Assembly: GCA_977016875.1 (NCBI GenBank)
Contig: CDRNST010000354.1
Span: 124,001 to 188,000 of the forward strand
From: Pavona decussata
Taxonomy: Eukaryota
Direction of reading: 5' to 3'
DNA length: 64,000 bases
Below the pieces are notes generated by a model that saw nothing but the letters and a program-made list of their open reading frames with translations, ran no database searches and had not been told where the DNA came from. Shown here one piece after another: positions 59,256-64,000 of this stretch; position 1 is the first letter of the stretch, and the number at the start of each line of letters is the position of its first letter. Position numbers and translations under genes: made by a program.

Positions 59256-60518
59256 GGTTTTTATGGAGTATGAATATTTTGTCGTTTTATATGAACGAAA
59301 ATCCATGAATACCTTAGACCTCCCAAGGGTTGTGTACGAGAGGGCATCAAAAACATCCCCAGCGTTGACTAAATGACATGGCCGACAATTTAACAAAGAG
59401 TGGGAAAACATTGAAGCAATAATATCGTTATGTCATATGCTAGCTCATATTATTTTCGCATGTCTTTTGGATTGTCAGTTTTGAACAATTCACATGAAAC
59501 TTGATAATCAGATATGATAATACCACTAGAAAAGAAACCACAAAATAAAAACAAATGGTATGTAGCCCACTGTTATAAATAACCTACTAGTAGAAGGCTA
59601 CTTGACCACGGTTAAAGAAGTCGACTAACTGATTAGGCCTTAATATCCAGTTTCTCCGTATAGTTTTGCCGCTGCAGTGTTACAGTGATGAAAAGATAGC
59701 TAGTAATAATTATTCTCGAAAGGAACATTTAAAATCAAATCAGGTGACTTGAATGATATTTTGAATTATGTCCAAAGTTATTCAGGTTGCTTCTTTGTTT
59801 TTCATACCAAGAGTATGAGCATAAGTTGTTTGCTAATACACCAAAAGAAAGACCGCTGCGACCGTCCTAATCAGTGGTTCAATAGATCCATGTCGTCCCT
59901 TTTTGCTTGTTTTCTTTTATTTTCAACCTTCGGACGATTTTGCTGGGTTGTTGTCGTGGCAAGTCCTCTACTGGAGGGGGCATATTCTGTGTTCATATTT
60001 TTTTCCCTCCTCTTTTTTTTTTTTTTTTTTTTTTCAACTGAGAGGTAAAATTTCACCGTATTTACTGTACTAAAAACGACATTAACCGTAATGTAGTGTT
60101 CTTCATTACAAGTATTTTAAAATCCATGTGAAGTCCGCACCGTTCGCCTTAATCACTCGAGAGGTTGTGCAGTTAGTTCATCGAATTGAGATTCTTAAAA
60201 TCCCCAATATCCTCTTTTCGGCGGTCGAGTGTTCTCAAGCCTTTTCATGTAATTTTGATACCTTCAAAAACGTGCATCTTAATTGAAGGAGGAGAGAAAC
60301 TTAAACGAGCCATGAGAGTCGGTACCCCGTATCTGTTGAAAGTTTACAGCCCATCGAATAACCGATGGAACCGGATGGAACGATGGAACGACCAAGAGAG
60401 TGTCATTTTCGTCTATTACGATAAGCTCGTTCATTACGCATGCACAATTCACGTGCTAAAAACATTGCATGCGATCAGAACGGAGTATTTACTACTGATT
60501 TCTGCCGTTGTTGATGTC

Positions 60519-61865
60519 TCATACAGGTGTTTCCAGGATGTATTTTGACCTGGCAAACTGCGTAGCGCTGATAGAACCTTTTCCTCTCCCCTCAATTTTG
60601 ATAATCGTAATTTTGTTGGTATTTTTGTCGAAGACCTTGACATCACCCTCATCGTTTTCGCATTCTTTGTTCACTTGAGATAGGCATTGTTTTATTGCAA
60701 GGCAGTCTGTTGTGTCTAACATCTCGACCAAACTGCACGACCGCCAGAAATCGTCGACGCCGCCCTGCGTCAGGGCTTGGGAGCGACTTACGTTCAGGGA
60801 TTTCAGCTTCTTGGAACGCCAGTAAGATAAGCTAACACCCAGCTCCAGCAGAATATGGTCATTCACTGCCTTTTCCGCTCCGATCGCACACAGTCCTAAG
60901 TACTCCAAGGTTTTGATCTTTGCTATCTGCGGCAGAGCTGATTTGAGTCCAGCTGGGGTGACAAGGCGACACCAACCTAAGTCGAGGTGTTTCAGAGAAG
61001 AATAACGCCAACCAACGTTCTGTAGTGTTTCATCGTCTAAACTGATGCCGTCCAAGATGAGAGTCTTTAACTCTACGCAAGAATCCAGAAAAACTTCAAC
61101 GAAGGCACCCGTCAGAAAAGAACATTTTCGCACACTAAGAACTTCCAGTTCCCTACAGCGTGTGAACAGGGTCAAAGTGCTGTCTTTAAGCGTGCGACAA
61201 TGACTCAGGTCAAGTTTACGTAGACACTTCATGCTGTTGATAGCTGTCTCTAATCTTTCGTCCGCCAGGAGAATCTGGAAAAAGCCGTCGCAAAGACCCA
61301 GCCATTTAACTTTGCTAAGCTCCTTCCCGATAGCACGGTACACGCGAGGGTTACCGTGGGAGAACCGAATGTCAAGGTACTCGAGGTTTTTGGGAAAAAG
61401 TACAGTTTCTTTGCTGCACATTTCCTTGGACGTTTGCGCAAATGTCACACTTCTCAATTTCAGAACGCGTAATTTCTTACACTGTGAAGCGAGAGCTCGT
61501 AGAGATCCCTCTGTCAAAACACAGCCGCTTAAATCGAGGCAAATTACGCTTTTAGCCAGCCGGTTGCTAACCAACTCTTGAAACTTTTTCGGGTCATCCA
61601 GAGATTTGGAAAAGCATCTTAAATCCAAGGTTTTCCACAACAGCATGTCAAATGACAATCTATACCACAACCGGCAGACTTGACAGGCGCGGAGCAAGTC
61701 CCTTAAAGGTAGGAAACTAAAAATCTTTAAAAGTGTACCTTCGTCCAGAGAGAGTACCGGCGTTGTGGCAGCTAAATCATTCTGGTAAGGTTTTACGAAA
61801 AAAAGGTTCGTTAAAAGTTCTCGTACAGTCATCCCTTCTACCAACGATTTTCCAAAAGAGTACAT
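60519..61865 (-). CDS. Intronless F-box/LRR protein (FBXL-like), about 448 aa
   Basis: F-box LDEGTLLKIFSFLPLRDLLRACQVCRLWYRL followed by cysteine-containing LRRs (LDLSGC, LDLSHC, LSVRKC, LDLGWC); first ATG at 61865. Confidence 0.9.
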   Translation of the reverse strand: MYSFGKSLVEGMTVRELLTNLFFVKPYQNDLAATTPVLSLDEGTLLKIFSFLPLRDLLRACQVCRLWYRLSFDMLLWKTLDLRCFSKSLDDPKKFQELVSNRLAKSVICLDLSGCVLTEGSLRALASQCKKLRVLKLRSVTFAQTSKEMCSKETVLFPKNLEYLDIRFSHGNPRVYRAIGKELSKVKWLGLCDGFFQILLADERLETAINSMKCLRKLDLSHCRTLKDSTLTLFTRCRELEVLSVRKCSFLTGAFVEVFLDSCVELKTLILDGISLDDETLQNVGWRYSSLKHLDLGWCRLVTPAGLKSALPQIAKIKTLEYLGLCAIGAEKAVNDHILLELGVSLSYWRSKKLKSLNVSRSQALTQGGVDDFWRSCSLVEMLDTTDCLAIKQCLSQVNKECENDEGDVKVFDKNTNKITIIKIEGRGKGSISATQFARSKYILETPV

Positions 61866-63456
61866 GATCCGAGCTTGGTGACTAGCAGATGTTTGTAACA
61901 AATAAATTTTGCTTCTTGTATATTCATTTTCCTGCACGTGCACTCTGCTCTCATGATATATTTGCACGCGTGTTTGGTCACCGATAATTGACCGTAATCT
62001 CGTGCTTCCACTCTTTCACGTGAACAGAAGCCCCGGCCACACGCATCAATAACAAAACACTTGAAAAATAATTAAAAGTAAATTAAACTAAAATTCGAGT
62101 CATGGTGGGTGATCGTTTTCAGTCACATATTACAGGGAAATTTTACTCGTATCAAAACGAATTGGCCCCTGTTTTAACTGTTGACTCAGATTTGAAGTCT
62201 TTAATATATTGACTTGTATTACCAGCGGCACGCAGCGCGCATTAACACGCAACAGCGTGAAAGACGAAGTGGCGATCTTTGGCACAGCGGGTACTCGCCG
62301 AAAAGCATGTGAACAGCTGCATGTTCACATCATCACATCGTGGAGGATGATGTGGCAGTTCCCATAAGGTCTCACGTGCAACCTCTCTAGAAAACAAGTA
62401 CATTTGTTTCTGTAGTGTATGGAGCCGGCCCTACTTAGCGGGTATCGTAGTATTGTACAGATGGCTCCGATTTGGTTTTCGGCATTGTTGTGGGTGTCAT
62501 TGCATTGTAGTCATGATCACCCATAGAATAGACCTTTGATATGCAAAAGCTATAAGCATGTCATCGCCTGAAAACTCTCGAACCCTTTTCCTGAAAACTC
62601 TTGACTATTTCCGCTCTATAGACATATTGTAAAATATAGAGTGTAGTGGATTTGTTAAACATGGACTGGTATGAAAACCTGAAGCAAACAGCAAAAAACA
62701 GAAACAAACAACGAAACGAACAATTATACGACTACAATTGTACTATTTCTCTCCTATTTTCGCCTTTCATCGCCCATGTAAACTCTAGCACAACTTTAAC
62801 GACATTCCTTCGCGGCCAATTAATCTCATTACTTTTTTGTTTTTTTTGTTTCTCGATCTGACAAACGTGCTATACACCACAAACTTGGCGTCTTCATTTC
62901 TCTTACCGGAATCAGTTGAATAAGTGAGGTGCAAAAACTTACTGAGAGAGCTGGCGAACGACTTAACGAGAGTAGTATGATGCCCCTCCCCCCGGTCCCT
63001 CTCTAATCTATAAGCTACCACGAGAAGCATCGCTTTGTGAACTGAGTAGCGAGGGTAACAGATACCTGCCAGAAGGCTGGGATGACAACGTACGCGTTAT
63101 GAGTGGCTTGAATACAATCAGTACTACAGCTGCAATGAGAACATATATTTTGGCATGAATATAATTCCCCATGCTCTTGTTGGCCTTTTAGGGAGGGGAG
63201 GGGAGGGGAGAGGAAGGGCGAGGAGGGGAGGGGAGAGGGGTTGTAATATCCTCTTAGCCATGATATTTTAACAGCGATTAAGAGCAGTTATTCCCACCAA
63301 GAATGTTGTCCCGGGGGAAAACCCCAATAGAAGTTATATAGTTATATGTACATATGTACAAGGAGCCAAAGGGTATGCCTTGTTTGCGAGCCCGTTTTGA
63401 TCTAAAATAGGGTATAAATTAATAATTTTAAAGTTTGGATTTAAAAGAAACGGGAA

Positions 63457-64000
63457 TAGATGGATAGATAGATAGTTTATTGATAAAATACTTGGCAGCT
63501 CGAAAGCTGAATTGCGTATTTACATAGATACAAAACTAGATATACGAGTATCAGAATAGATAAGAGTCTAAAATACGAAATGTATAATTACAGTCGGACC
63601 TCTATTAAGCTGCCACCCTGAGGACTTTGAAAACTGGCCGCTTAATAGAGGATGGCCGTTGAATAGAGGTGTCGAATACAGCATTTTACTGACAAAATAA
63701 TAATTCGGGACTTTGGAAAGTGGCCGCTTAATAGGTGGCCGCTTGATAGAGGTCCGACTGTACTTAAAATGTACAATCGATTGAAAAATACTAAATATCT
63801 ATAAATGTACAGTATCGATACAGGATCTTATAATAAAGCTTTTCTTAAAACGGTTTGTCTTATGTGTAGGAATACCAAAGCGCCTGTTGTGCTTCAGTGC
63901 ATAACAGGAGGGTCCACAGAACGGTAGTGAACCATGCAGACGGCCAGGGTCCCTTACTATAGAATCGAAAGTTTTATTACATATCGCAGTGATAAAGTCT
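63457..64000 (-). mobile_element. LINE 3' end with (CTAT)n tail, containing a pogo-like MITE (63591-63760)
   Basis: Minus strand reads ...RLHGSLP...KTNRFKKSF (RT C-terminal-like); (ATAG)n tail; MITE TA|CAGTCGGACCTCTAT...ATAGAGGTCCGACTG|TA. Confidence 0.75.

Overview
Eukaryotic, AT-rich, repeat-dense animal DNA with GT-AG introns. The gene families and MITE/SINE/LINE set point to a cnidarian, probably a stony coral (inference). Apparently intact genes: (1) a 7-exon mitochondrial peptidyl-tRNA hydrolase ICT1/MRPL58 on the minus strand (22491-42810), almost invisible in the ORF track, whose 14.6-kb intron contains an antisense intronless rhodopsin-class GPCR and a Kolobok transposon with a 619-aa transposase ORF; (2) a 5-exon TSSK-family kinase head-to-head with ICT1; (3) an intronless NHL-repeat gene; (4) an intronless F-box/LRR gene. 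Damaged genes: a Ulp1/SENP-like protease relic (0-8.5 kb), a PAN + fibrinogen-like gene and a domain fragment at 10.5 kb. The rest is nested TIR elements, LINE and SINE fragments, a Penelope-type minimal hammerhead ribozyme, microsatellites and one assembly gap. The most interesting structures are a 4-kb GGAATCC-repeat element with a 6-bp TSD carrying virus-like small ORFs, a Kolobok missing its right end inside a long-inverted-repeat element, and the hammerhead. All translations and alignments were done by eye; no searches were run.
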